Below are positions 1-8,210 of a stretch of 48,166 nucleotides of DNA, piece after piece; within the stretch, counting starts at the first letter, position 1, and every line of letters starts with the position of its first letter. Origin of the DNA: Planctomycetaceae bacterium (lineage in GTDB: Bacteria > Planctomycetota > Planctomycetia > Pirellulales > UBA1268); NCBI GenBank assembly GCA_005773625.1, contig SXHR01000117.1, positions 1-48,166 on the forward strand. Direction: 5' to 3'. A program made the position numbers and the translations under genes. The notes beneath the pieces were generated by a model. That model saw nothing but the letters and a program-made list of their open reading frames with translations, was not told where the DNA came from and did not search any database.

Positions 1-11
1 ATAAAGCTTCG

Positions 12-488
12 GTGAATGTCATGCTTGTTGAAATCCACTCAGTGCCGCTTGCACGAAAGCTATTCTGCAAGAACATGAGTGCATCATCGAGTGTTTGTCG
101 TCTGCGGACGATGTCGCCGGAGATTGCGGCAGAATACGTACGGTGTCAGCCCGGCTACCTCATCAGCCTCGATACTCTGCCTGCGGACACCGCAAGGGAG
201 TTCGCCAAAGACACCCAAGATATCGACCTGCCAGCACTCACCCAGCTGACTCCGGACGTCGCTACAGCTCTCACCGATCGACAGCCCGCGGTTTATCTGC
301 GCGGACTCAAAACACTCGACGGCCCCGATGCCGTCGCTGTCGCAGAGGCGTTGGCCAGCACGCCCGCTCCGGTGTACATGCCATTTCTCGAGCGCGTCTC
401 AGACGCCGCCCTCGCCGCACTCCGAAAGAAGGCGACGATCACGATTCCGCCCGACGAGAAGCTGACGATCGTTCCGTCGGCGCCATGA
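12..488 (+). CDS. hypothetical protein with short Leu/Ala-rich repeats (start uncertain; frame is open to the window edge, so possibly 5'-truncated)
   Basis: Open frame 12..488 with no in-frame stop upstream to position 3. Repeated units of the type SLDTLPADTAREFA / ALTQLTPDVATALT / VSDAALAALRK. Internal ATGs at 75 and 111. No catalytic motif recognised. Confidence 0.3.
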   Translation: MNVMLVEIHSVPLARKLFCKNMSASSSVCRLRTMSPEIAAEYVRCQPGYLISLDTLPADTAREFAKDTQDIDLPALTQLTPDVATALTDRQPAVYLRGLKTLDGPDAVAVAEALASTPAPVYMPFLERVSDAALAALRKKATITIPPDEKLTIVPSAP

Positions 489-521
489 ACACGCCGATGA
501 CCCGTAAGGGACAGCGGTCGC

Positions 522-770
522 TCAATCCGGGCCCGCCTCAGACGAGGCCCTGACGCTTGCGGCCAATCCAGAAGAGGCCACGGAGCGGCTGGCCAGGAAG
601 TCGCGGTGGGCGGACATGATCACGATCTCGTTCCGGCCGGAGTCGTAGCGGCTCCGCCAGGGCTGGCCGTGTTCCGCCTCGAGCCGGTAGCCGGGCAGGC
701 CCCGGCCGCCGGCGGCGTCGGCGTCGGCGAGCGCATCGTCGACGAACTTGAGCTCCACCTCAGGGGTCAC
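522..770 (-). CDS. short hypothetical ORF, possibly a gene remnant
   Basis: 82-aa ORF with only a GTG start, squeezed between the stop of the 12..488 ORF and the DTW gene stop. The segment 'YRLEAEHGQPWRSRYDSGRNEIVIMSAHRDFL' reads like an internal piece of a larger protein. Confidence 0.2.
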   Translation of the reverse strand: MTPEVELKFVDDALADADAAGGRGLPGYRLEAEHGQPWRSRYDSGRNEIVIMSAHRDFLASRSVASSGLAASVRASSEAGPD

Positions 771-802
771 ACGGTCTGTCGGTTTTCACGCCGGCCCGGT
801 CT

Positions 803-1486
803 TCACCCGGCGGAACGGGGCATTTCCAGTCGCTCGAGCACCGCGGGAAGCTCCGCTCGGAGCGGCGAGTCGCGGAGAAAATCCGCCGCGAGTTGCCGCT
901 GACCACGGGCCCGCAGCGTCGCATAGACGTGGAGCTCGAAATGCAGCCGAAACCGGTCCGCAGCCCGCGTGTCTCCGAGTGCACGCATGACGCCGAGCAG
1001 CGCCTCGGCCGTCGAGAGGTGGCCGGTGGCATGCTGATCCCGCAGCCAGAAACGGCTCACACCGCCGGCAGGCAGCCGCACGCACCTGCCGAGCCGCTCG
1101 ACCGCACGGAGCATGTGGTTGGCCTGCCGCCAGTTGCCGTCGAGCAACAGCACCTGCGGCGTCGCCGCCCCACCGCCCGCCGGCAGCTCCTCGCCGCGGG
1201 GATGGAGCACCCAGAGCTCGTGGCCCGGGAGCCGAAGGGCCTCGGGCTGAAACACGCCGGCGTGAAAGCGGTCCTCCCGCTGATAGACATGGCACCTCGC
1301 GGCCGCGACCGCGCGGGCGACGAGGCCGCCGGTGCTCGAGGGCCGCCACTGTTCGCTGCGGTGAATCAACACGTCCACCCGGACGGTGGTCTCGACCGGC
1401 GGCACCGCGCCGCAGACGCACCACCGGGGCGGCAGACGGCAGACGTCGCAGCGGGGCGTACCTGCGAGGACGACGCTGCGGGCCAT
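803..1486 (-). CDS. DTW-domain protein (tRNA-uridine aminocarboxypropyltransferase family)
   Basis: N-terminal Cys cluster 'CDVCRLPPRWCVCG' and the signature 'LLLDGNWRQA' (DTW/DGTW-type motif). ATG at 1486. Confidence 0.75.
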   Translation of the reverse strand: MARSVVLAGTPRCDVCRLPPRWCVCGAVPPVETTVRVDVLIHRSEQWRPSSTGGLVARAVAAARCHVYQREDRFHAGVFQPEALRLPGHELWVLHPRGEELPAGGGAATPQVLLLDGNWRQANHMLRAVERLGRCVRLPAGGVSRFWLRDQHATGHLSTAEALLGVMRALGDTRAADRFRLHFELHVYATLRARGQRQLAADFLRDSPLRAELPAVLERLEMPRSAG

Positions 1487-1532
1487 TGACCACTCCTCTC
1501 CGGACCGGGGCGGACTTCAGGACAGCCGCCGC

Positions 1533-3005
1533 CTACGACCGCTTCCGGCCCCGGGGCCCGAACTTCCTCGGCTTCCCCGGCCGTCCGCCGCCCCCGCGGT
1601 TCTGAAACCGGGCCGGCGGCTGGCGGTGTTTCCGCGGCTCGTCACGGGCCGGCGGCATGTCATCGGCAGCCGACCGGGTGATCGCCGGCGGCGAGAAGTG
1701 GTGCAGGATCGCGGCGGCGACCTCGGTGGGCGTGTAGCCCTGCTCCAGCAGCCGCTCCACCAGCAACGACTGCCGCGGAAACTCCCCCGCCTCCAACGTG
1801 GTGCGGAGCTTGTCGAACAGCGCGTCGGACCGACGGCTCTCGACCGCCTCGGCCGAGGGCACCTGCTCCCGACGAATCTTGGCCTTCGTGAACCGTTCGA
1901 TCGACTGCAGTTTGTAGATGCCCGCCCCAGAGACGAGCGTGACCGCCCGGCCCTTCCGGCCCGCCCGGCCCGTGCGGCCGATCCGATGGACGTAGTCCTC
2001 GGCGTCGTAGGGCAGGTCGTAGTTGACCACGAGCTCGAGGTCGTTGACGTCGATCCCACGGGCGGCGACGTCGGTCGCCACGAGGAAGGCGAACGCCGCC
2101 TTCTTGAAGTTGTTCATGACCCGCGTTCGCTGGGCCTGGGCCATGCCGCCGTGAAGCCGCTCGGCCGCACACCCCCGGGCCACGAGTGAATCGGCGAGTT
2201 CCTCCACCATCTGCTGCGTGTTGCAGAAGATCACGCCGCTCTTCACGTCGTAGAAATCGATCAGCCGCGCCAGGGCGTCGAACTTGGCGTGATGCCGCAC
2301 CTCGTAATAGATCTGATCGACCAGCGGCGGGCCGACGACGACCCGCTGCTCGATCTTCACCACCTTGGCGTCACGCGAGTGTCCGCGGACCAGCGACTGG
2401 ATGGGGGGCGAGATCGTCGCCGAGAAGAAGACCGTCTGCCGGTCGGCGGGGGCCGCGGCGAGGATCTTCTCGATGTCCTCTCGGAAACCCCTGTCGAGCA
2501 TCCGGTCGGCCTCGTCGAGCACCACCATCTTCACCCCCGAGAGGTCGAGGGTGTTGCGGGCGAGATGATCCGCCAGCCGTCCGGGGGTGCCCACGACGAT
2601 GTGGGCCCCACGCTTCAACTCGACGAACTGCCGCTCATAGGGCGCTCCGCCGTAGATCGGCACGGATCGCACGCCTTTCTTGCAGACCGCGAGTTTGTGC
2701 ACCTCATCGGCGACCTGGGTGGCCAGCTCGCGGGTGGGAGCGAGAATCAGCACCTGCGTGACGGGCTTCGTGGCCTCGACCCGCTCGATCGCCGGAATGC
2801 AGAACGCGGCCGTCTTGCCCGAGCCCGTCTCCGACTGGCCGATCACGTCGTGCCCCTTCATGATCAGCGGGATCGTCGCCGATTGGATCGGCGAGGTCTC
2901 CTCGAAACCGAGCCGCTCGACGGCCTCGATCACCTCGGGCGACAGGCCGAGAGTGGCGAAGGGCACGTGACCGGGGCGTGACTGCGGGGCGGCGGAGCTG
3001 GGCAT
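1533..3005 (-). CDS. DEAD-box ATP-dependent RNA helicase with Arg/Gly-rich C-terminal tail
   Basis: Q-motif region 'FATLGL..IQSATIP', motif I 'SETGSGKTAAF', motif II 'VLDEADRML', 'SAT', 'HRIGRTGRAG'. RGG-like tail 'FQNRGGGGRPGKPRKFGPRGRKRS'. Start moved to the ATG at 3005 (MPSSAAP...); the track ORF extends to 3095. Confidence 0.9.
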   Translation of the reverse strand: MPSSAAPQSRPGHVPFATLGLSPEVIEAVERLGFEETSPIQSATIPLIMKGHDVIGQSETGSGKTAAFCIPAIERVEATKPVTQVLILAPTRELATQVADEVHKLAVCKKGVRSVPIYGGAPYERQFVELKRGAHIVVGTPGRLADHLARNTLDLSGVKMVVLDEADRMLDRGFREDIEKILAAAPADRQTVFFSATISPPIQSLVRGHSRDAKVVKIEQRVVVGPPLVDQIYYEVRHHAKFDALARLIDFYDVKSGVIFCNTQQMVEELADSLVARGCAAERLHGGMAQAQRTRVMNNFKKAAFAFLVATDVAARGIDVNDLELVVNYDLPYDAEDYVHRIGRTGRAGRKGRAVTLVSGAGIYKLQSIERFTKAKIRREQVPSAEAVESRRSDALFDKLRTTLEAGEFPRQSLLVERLLEQGYTPTEVAAAILHHFSPPAITRSAADDMPPARDEPRKHRQPPARFQNRGGGGRPGKPRKFGPRGRKRS

Positions 3006-3174
3006 GCGAAAGACTGCTCTGGGGAGTTGATGGAGAACCGTATGACAAAAAAGAGGGCCGGAGGGCGCCTTCACGACGCGCTCCGGCCCTGACAACGTGT
3101 TTGGTTTTCAGACGCTGCTGCCGAGCAGGCCATGGACCCGGGAAACCCTCGGGTTTCCCGCGATCCACGGACGA

Positions 3175-3480
3175 CTAGTAGCGCCGACCGCCGCCGCCGC
3201 CGTAACCACCGCGACCGCCGCCACCGCCGCTCTCACGGGGCTTGGCTTCGTTGACGGTGAGGGGCCGGCCGTCGAACTCCTTCTCGTGCATGCCGCTGAT
3301 CGCCCGCTGCGCGGCGTCGTCGGCCTGCATCTCCACGAATCCGAAGCCCTTGCTGCGGCCCGTCTCACGATCCTGGATGACCTGAGCACTCACGACCGTG
3401 CCGAACTCGAGGAACATCTGCTCGAGCGCCTCGCTCGTGACGCTCTATGCGAGGTTACCGACGTACAGTTTCTTACCCAT
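3175..3480 (-). pseudogene. RRM-type glycine-rich RNA-binding protein interrupted by an in-frame TAG at codon 12
   Basis: Hand translation from the ATG at 3480 gives [53 protein letters not shown].... RNP-2 (LYVGNL) lies upstream of the stop (3445..3447) and RNP-1 (KGFGFVEM) downstream. The track ORF 3175..3417 starts after RNP-2. AGGAG lies 10 nt upstream of the 3480 ATG. Confidence 0.6.
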
Positions 3481-3499
3481 GAACAAAACACTCCTACCG

Positions 3500-3526
3500 A
3501 TGACCCAATTGTGCTTTCGGGGTCAT
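3500..3526 (-). promoter_or_regulatory. hairpin in the RBP 5' leader next to the Shine-Dalgarno sequence
   Basis: Inverted repeat ATGACCC (3500..3506) / GGGTCAT (3520..3526) with a 13-nt loop, 4 nt from the AGGAG at 3491..3495 (minus strand). Part of a 353-nt untranslated gap upstream of the RBP gene. Confidence 0.25.
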
Positions 3527-3833
3527 ATCGAAAGGGCCAGAGATTGGCAGCCCGCCAGAGGGTAAAGGCGAGGATAAAGAAGCAGCGGACGCGGCCGTTC
3601 GGCCACCGCGGAACCTCTAGCGTCGTCCAGCACCAACGCCACTACTCTAGATCGGAATCTGGCGAAAAGCAACGCCGTTTCCGGGACCGGCGAGCGCTGA
3701 ACCGAGCCGGCGGCCCACGCATGCGGCGGCGGACGGCTCGGGAAAACCGCCGCATTTCCTGCCATCGGCGGCGGGCAAAAGGCTGCACGCCGCTCGGTGG
3801 CTGCGGGGCCCCGGCCCCTTTTCCCCAAAACTG

Positions 3834-4217
3834 CTACAGCGTGGGGTAGAGGCCCTCCAACTGCTCCAGGTAGGTGAGAATGTGGGCCCGGGCGGCCCGC
3901 AGCTCCTGTTTTGCGTGGGCGTCCCGCGGTGGTGAGCCGGGTGGCTCACTCATGGCTCCGGCCGCTTCCCGCAAGGCGGGCCACAGGAACCGCTGTTCGC
4001 AATCGGTTTGGACGGCCCGCTTTCTGCCGATGCCGCACTCGTGGGCGTCGTGGCTGATGTCGCTCTTCAGCGAGGCCAGCCGTCGCTTGGCGGCCACCGC
4101 GTCGGGTCCGGCCGGCACGGGCCCGTCGTCGCCAGTCGTGATCTCCTCGATCCGGTCCCGATAACGCCGCAATCGCAGGATCACACTGCGGGCCTCGTTT
4201 CGCTCGTTGCTGCTCAT
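3834..4217 (-). CDS. hypothetical protein
   Basis: 127-aa frame from the ATG at 4217 (MSSNERNEARS...). GC-rich third positions. No motif recognised. Confidence 0.45.
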   Translation of the reverse strand: MSSNERNEARSVILRLRRYRDRIEEITTGDDGPVPAGPDAVAAKRRLASLKSDISHDAHECGIGRKRAVQTDCEQRFLWPALREAAGAMSEPPGSPPRDAHAKQELRAARAHILTYLEQLEGLYPTL

Positions 4218-4423
4218 CCGACGTCCGCTCCAGTCCGAAGGGGGAAATGGCGGCGGTCCGTACCGATGCCGAGACCCTGCACGCCACCCCCGCATGGGGT
4301 CGCGGAGGATTCATGGGGCAGCATCCTACCAGACAGGGGCCGCGCCCCGCTTTTTCCGCCGGAAGCTCGCTCGTCGGCTCTGGTCGGCGGCGGCCGCAGC
4401 GGGTGGTTCCCCGCGGCCGGCGG

Positions 4424-4996
4424 TCAGGCGATGCCTTCCGCCCTCATGGCCTGCCAATCGGCATCGGACGCCTTGGCCATGGTGCCGAAGAGGTAGTCGC
4501 CGGCCAGGAGGGCGACGTTGAAGTTTTTGTCGGGATAGCGGTGGTGGAGATAGTGGTGCCGCGCCAACGACTTGTAGATCGGCCATTTGGCGAAGAACCG
4601 GTTCGCCGGTTTGTGCATCTCCATGTGGATCAGATTCCACATCAGGTGATGCAGACAGACGATGATGGGAAACATGATCGCGCCGGTCGTCGAGAAGAAT
4701 GCGAGGAGCAGGCTCACCGGCAGCGACTCGATGAGTCCCTCCCGGAGGTTGAGCCGAATCCCGCGATCCTCCCCATGCGGCACGGGCTCGTCATGGAACT
4801 TCCTGCGATACTGCCGGTGATGCTCGACGGCATGGCTGTCGAAGATTTTCTTGCGGGCGGCGAGATTCCGCAGGAAGAGAAACTTGGGCCGACGGTGCAT
4901 CAGGCGGCTGTGCACCTGATGCTCGATGAGCGACATCACCACGGCGAGTCCCACGAACCACGCGGCAGTCTGGAGCGACAGCAGAACCATTGGCAT
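4424..4996 (-). CDS. fatty acid hydroxylase / sterol desaturase superfamily membrane protein
   Basis: Histidine boxes 'HQVHSRLMH', 'HAVEHHRQY', 'HMEMH', 'HHYLHHRY'. Hydrophobic N-terminus from the ATG at 4996 (MPMVLLSLQTAAWFVGL...). GAGGTGG precedes the start. Confidence 0.75.
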   Translation of the reverse strand: MPMVLLSLQTAAWFVGLAVVMSLIEHQVHSRLMHRRPKFLFLRNLAARKKIFDSHAVEHHRQYRRKFHDEPVPHGEDRGIRLNLREGLIESLPVSLLLAFFSTTGAIMFPIIVCLHHLMWNLIHMEMHKPANRFFAKWPIYKSLARHHYLHHRYPDKNFNVALLAGDYLFGTMAKASDADWQAMRAEGIA

Positions 4997-5263
4997 CTTC
5001 CCACCTCGTGAATCGGTGACTTTGGTCTTGAAATCCCGCCGGCGGCGACGGACGAACGTCCGAACCCACTCTGGCCCTTCCAGACCAAGTGGGGGGACGA
5101 TAGCCCGTCCTGCCGCAGGGCGATAGGCCGATCCGGCGAGGGTTTTCCACCACCCGCTCAGCACCGTTCGCCGCGGGCGGCCGCCGCCGACCACCGGCCA
5201 ACGGGCTCCGACCGCCGTTGCGAAAAATCGGGGGGAGTCGTTAGGATCCGACCAGATTTCGTT

Positions 5264-5295
5264 TCATCACTCGACGCCATCATCACTCGACGCCA
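5264..5295 (+). repeat. perfect tandem duplication of a 16-mer (TCATCACTCGACGCCA x2)
   Basis: 5264..5279 and 5280..5295 are identical. The second copy runs directly into the AGGAGA in front of the 5308 ATG. Confidence 0.9.
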
Positions 5296-5307
5296 GGAGA
5301 TCCGGCC

Positions 5308-5394
5308 ATGGGCAAGGGAAACAACTCGCAGAAGAACGACAAGAAAAACAAGAAGCCCAAGCAGGACAAGACGAAGGCCCCGGTCAAGAAGTAA
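5308..5394 (+). CDS. candidate 28-aa lysine-rich small protein (below the ORF-track size cutoff)
   Basis: ATG at 5308 preceded by AGGAGA (5295..5300). Hand translation is MGKGNNSQKNDKKNKKPKQDKTKAPVKK, ending at TAA 5392..5394, with 12 Lys in 28 residues. Mostly AAG/AAC codons. Confidence 0.4.
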   Translation: MGKGNNSQKNDKKNKKPKQDKTKAPVKK

Positions 5395-5431
5395 CCGGCC
5401 CGCCGGCCGCTGCGGCCAAGAGGTCGGGATC

Positions 5432-5464
5432 ACCGGGACCACCGGGTTCAACCGGGACCACCGG
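5432..5464 (+). repeat. 14-bp direct repeat ACCGGGACCACCGG x2 separated by 5 nt
   Basis: Copies at 5432..5445 and 5451..5464, in the convergent gap between the small ORF and the PEP-CTERM gene stop (5467). Confidence 0.7.
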
Positions 5465-5466
5465 CA

Positions 5467-7239
5467 TCAGGTCGAGCACGGCCTTTTCCGGCGAGCGAGC
5501 CGCATTCCCGCGCCGACGGACAGGGCCGCAATCCCGATCGCGATCGTGGACGGCTCGGGCACCGCGAAGACGGTGATGACGTCCTGCCGGAACGTGCCCG
5601 TGTAGCCGTTCGCGTCGAGATCCGCGAACGTGAGGGTCGGCTGCCGCCGCACGTTGAGCCACGTGTTGGCCAGCACCTGCAGATCGACGAGATCGACGAT
5701 GTTCGCGTCGGCGGCATTGGCGGCGTAGGTCGTTGCCAAGGGGTCCATGCTCGCAAAATCCCCCGTCGCCCAGGTCTTGCCTCCGGTACCTGACGCCATG
5801 GTGTGGTAGTTGTCGCGGACGATGTTGAGGTCGAGGAGGTCGATCGCGAGATCCATGTTGGCGTCGCCGTCGCGGAGAGCGGGCAGAAACGTCTGCAGGA
5901 TCTTGACGTCCTTCCAGTCCACGGCGTTGTTGCCGTTGAGGTCGAACTTGTAGCTGCCGGAGCCGATGGCGGCACCACGCACGCCGACGACCGACCGCAG
6001 CAGCGACAGATCATTGAGATCGACGTCGTCGTCCCGGTCGAAGTCGCCGACTTTGAAGTCGTAGGCGCCGGCGATCAGGCTCGCGGTCCCCGACTCGACG
6101 TACATCACCTGGGCAACCTCGAACCCGTTGGGATGCTGCACCGTCCGCGGCTGCATCCGCAGGGTGTTGGCCGTGGGGTTCGCGATGCCGAGAGTGGCGG
6201 CCCGCTCGTCGCGGGTCACGACCTTGGAAAGCCGCCCCTGCGGGTCGATTTTGTAGATGCCTCGGCGATCCGGGCTGCTCAGGGTGTTGTTGAAATAGAG
6301 CTCGCCCCCGGGGCCGGCCGCCATCGCGGTGTTGCCGATGCCGCTCGTCCCGGATTCCATGAAGTCGGCCAGCGTCGCCGCCGGGACATGGACCGTGCGG
6401 CTCGAGACCGTGCCGTTGAAGACGACCTTGTCGATCCCGCCCACGTTGTTCGTGGCCTGGCTGCCGTTGAAGAAGATCGTGTCGGTTCCCGATGACGAGA
6501 GGACGGCGACCTCCGTGTTGAGGCTCGAGTCGGCGAACAGGCGGCCGACCGTGCCCGCCGCGACGTCAGCGCGGTAAAGCCCGCCGTAGGCGGTGCTCGT
6601 GTCGATGATGTAAATCGCCTGCCCGTCGCCGGAATAGGCGAACTGCCGGGAGAAGTTGCTGTTGCTCCCGGTGGTGACGGGATTGGCCAGGCCGCTCGCA
6701 GACGCCAGTTCGGCCTGCGTGACGAGCGACGCGAACGGACCGGTGCCGGTGGCGACGTTGTAGCTGTAGAGTCGCTGGGTCAGGTCATTGCGGCGGCCAC
6801 TGGAAACGGTCACGGCCTGGCCGCCGTCGGAGATGACCGCGAGTGAGTAGGCCGGCTGGCTGCCGATGGCGACGGGATTGAGGAGAAATCCGCCGACCAC
6901 GGGGCTTCCGCCGCCGTTATTGGGATCGCCGTTCTTGAGAAAGAGCGTCCACTCGGTCAGTGCCGCCAGTGGGGTGACGACCTGGGTGCCCCCCACGTTT
7001 GCGATCCGCCGGATCTCAGCCCCCGGCCCGAACCCGGCGGTGTAGATGGTGCCCCCATTCGCCCCGGTCGGATCGTAGCCGAAGGTCGAGAGCGTCGTCC
7101 CGCCGAGGGCGTTCGCCTTGGACACGACCGTGGTGACGACGTCCTGCGCGTTCGCCCAGCCGTGGAGCGTCGCGAGCAGGACGGCGACCGCAAACCGCCG
7201 GAGGTTCTGCCAGCGCCCGGGATAGCGATTGAGTGTCAT
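5467..7239 (-). CDS. secreted surface protein with dockerin-like Ca-binding repeats and a PEP-CTERM sorting signal
   Basis: Signal peptide from the ATG at 7239 (MTLNRYPGRWQNLRRFAVAVLLATLHGWANA). Asp-rich repeat pairs 'DFDRDDDVDLNDLSLL', 'DLNGNNAVDWKDVKIL', 'DGDANMDLAIDLLDL'. C-terminus 'VPEPSTIAIGIAALSVGAGMRLARRKRP' is PEP motif + TM helix + basic tail. Confidence 0.75.
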   Translation of the reverse strand: MTLNRYPGRWQNLRRFAVAVLLATLHGWANAQDVVTTVVSKANALGGTTLSTFGYDPTGANGGTIYTAGFGPGAEIRRIANVGGTQVVTPLAALTEWTLFLKNGDPNNGGGSPVVGGFLLNPVAIGSQPAYSLAVISDGGQAVTVSSGRRNDLTQRLYSYNVATGTGPFASLVTQAELASASGLANPVTTGSNSNFSRQFAYSGDGQAIYIIDTSTAYGGLYRADVAAGTVGRLFADSSLNTEVAVLSSSGTDTIFFNGSQATNNVGGIDKVVFNGTVSSRTVHVPAATLADFMESGTSGIGNTAMAAGPGGELYFNNTLSSPDRRGIYKIDPQGRLSKVVTRDERAATLGIANPTANTLRMQPRTVQHPNGFEVAQVMYVESGTASLIAGAYDFKVGDFDRDDDVDLNDLSLLRSVVGVRGAAIGSGSYKFDLNGNNAVDWKDVKILQTFLPALRDGDANMDLAIDLLDLNIVRDNYHTMASGTGGKTWATGDFASMDPLATTYAANAADANIVDLVDLQVLANTWLNVRRQPTLTFADLDANGYTGTFRQDVITVFAVPEPSTIAIGIAALSVGAGMRLARRKRPCST

Positions 7240-7271
7240 GAGCAAGGGACTCTGTCGCGAGAAGGGAGAGT

Positions 7272-7955
7272 TCAGTTGCCGGGCTCGAAATAAGCCGTGT
7301 GGCCGTCGAGATAGAGCGCGTTGTAGCCCACCTTGCCCGGGCCGGCACCGCGGTGCGCGTAGATCCGCTGGGTCTGGGGAATCGTGTATCCCGCGAAGGG
7401 CCCACGAAATCCGCTCAGGCCCGGGTGGAGGTTGTAGTTGTCCCACGCAAGGAGCGTGGTCGATTGGTTGGCGGGGTTTTTCTTGTCGAGTGCCGCCGCC
7501 ACGCTGAAGGCGTAGGTGTTGCGGTGGGCCCGCTGGGCGTCGTCCCTGCCGGGACAGATCCAGACCCCGCTGTCGGACGACAGCATTCCGAGGCGGACGA
7601 GCAACGCCTCGAGTCCGTACACTTCCGGAAGGGCCTTGGGATCACCGGCCGATCGCATGCCGGGAGCCATGCGGTAGGAATGGTTGCCGGTCTTGTACGC
7701 GTTGGGGAACCACCCGTTGCGGCTGTCGCGGTAGAGGTGGGTGGCCAGCCCGATTTCACGGAGGTTGACGGAGCACTGCAGCAACCGGGCCCGGTCCCGC
7801 AGATACTGGACTGCCGGAAACAGCACGGCGACCAGCATGCAGACGACGGCGACCACGGTCAGCAGCTCCACCATCGAGAAGGCGGCCCGCGAACAAAACA
7901 GCTGACGCCGCGGATCCCGGGCAGGCGAGCGGCGGCTTTCGTCGTTGGTCAGCAT
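7272..7955 (-). CDS. DUF1559 protein: prepilin-type N-terminal cleavage/methylation domain plus H-X9-DG motif
   Basis: 'AFSMVELLTVVAVVCMLVAVLFPAVQ' is a class III signal/pseudopilin N-terminus. C-terminal '...HRGAGPGKVGYNALYLDGHTAYF'. Start set to the ATG at 7955; the track ORF runs on to 8645 through low-complexity sequence. Confidence 0.85.
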   Translation of the reverse strand: MLTNDESRRSPARDPRRQLFCSRAAFSMVELLTVVAVVCMLVAVLFPAVQYLRDRARLLQCSVNLREIGLATHLYRDSRNGWFPNAYKTGNHSYRMAPGMRSAGDPKALPEVYGLEALLVRLGMLSSDSGVWICPGRDDAQRAHRNTYAFSVAAALDKKNPANQSTTLLAWDNYNLHPGLSGFRGPFAGYTIPQTQRIYAHRGAGPGKVGYNALYLDGHTAYFEPGN

Positions 7956-8039
7956 CAAACGACCGCATCCATACCAGAGCGTGGAGCAAATTTTTTTCCG
8001 AGCATAGCGGAGTTCCCCCCCGTCTGCGAGCCATTGGCT

Positions 8040-8086
8040 GGGGGGGAAGGGAGGGGATGGAAGGGAGAGAGGAAGGGGATGGGGGG
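8040..8086 (+). repeat. 47-nt almost pure polypurine, G-run-rich tract in a divergent promoter gap
   Basis: GGGGGGGAAGGGAGGGGATGGAAGGGAGAGAGGAAGGGGATGGGGGG. Purine apart from two T, with at least six runs of three or more G. A C7 run sits at 8015..8021. Confidence 0.85.
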
Positions 8087-8210
8087 CAAAGCCCCGCCTC
8101 CTCCCGCGATCTTCGCGTAACCTCTCCGGCGGGGGCGGTGTCATACTGACGTCGGCCCCGCGTGGGCCAATGCCCTGGCCCCTTCCCTCGCCTCCCCCGG
8201 AGATTTGCCC

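Noticed and set aside
3097-3849. 250-aa plus-strand ORF
   Set aside because: Antisense to the RRM gene and its leader. The Ala/Thr run is the complement of the Gly-rich tail codons.
5158-5451. 97-aa minus-strand ORF with a Leu-rich segment
   Set aside because: The Leu run (CTT/CTG) is the antisense image of the Lys-rich (AAG) small ORF at 5308..5394. There is no start context.
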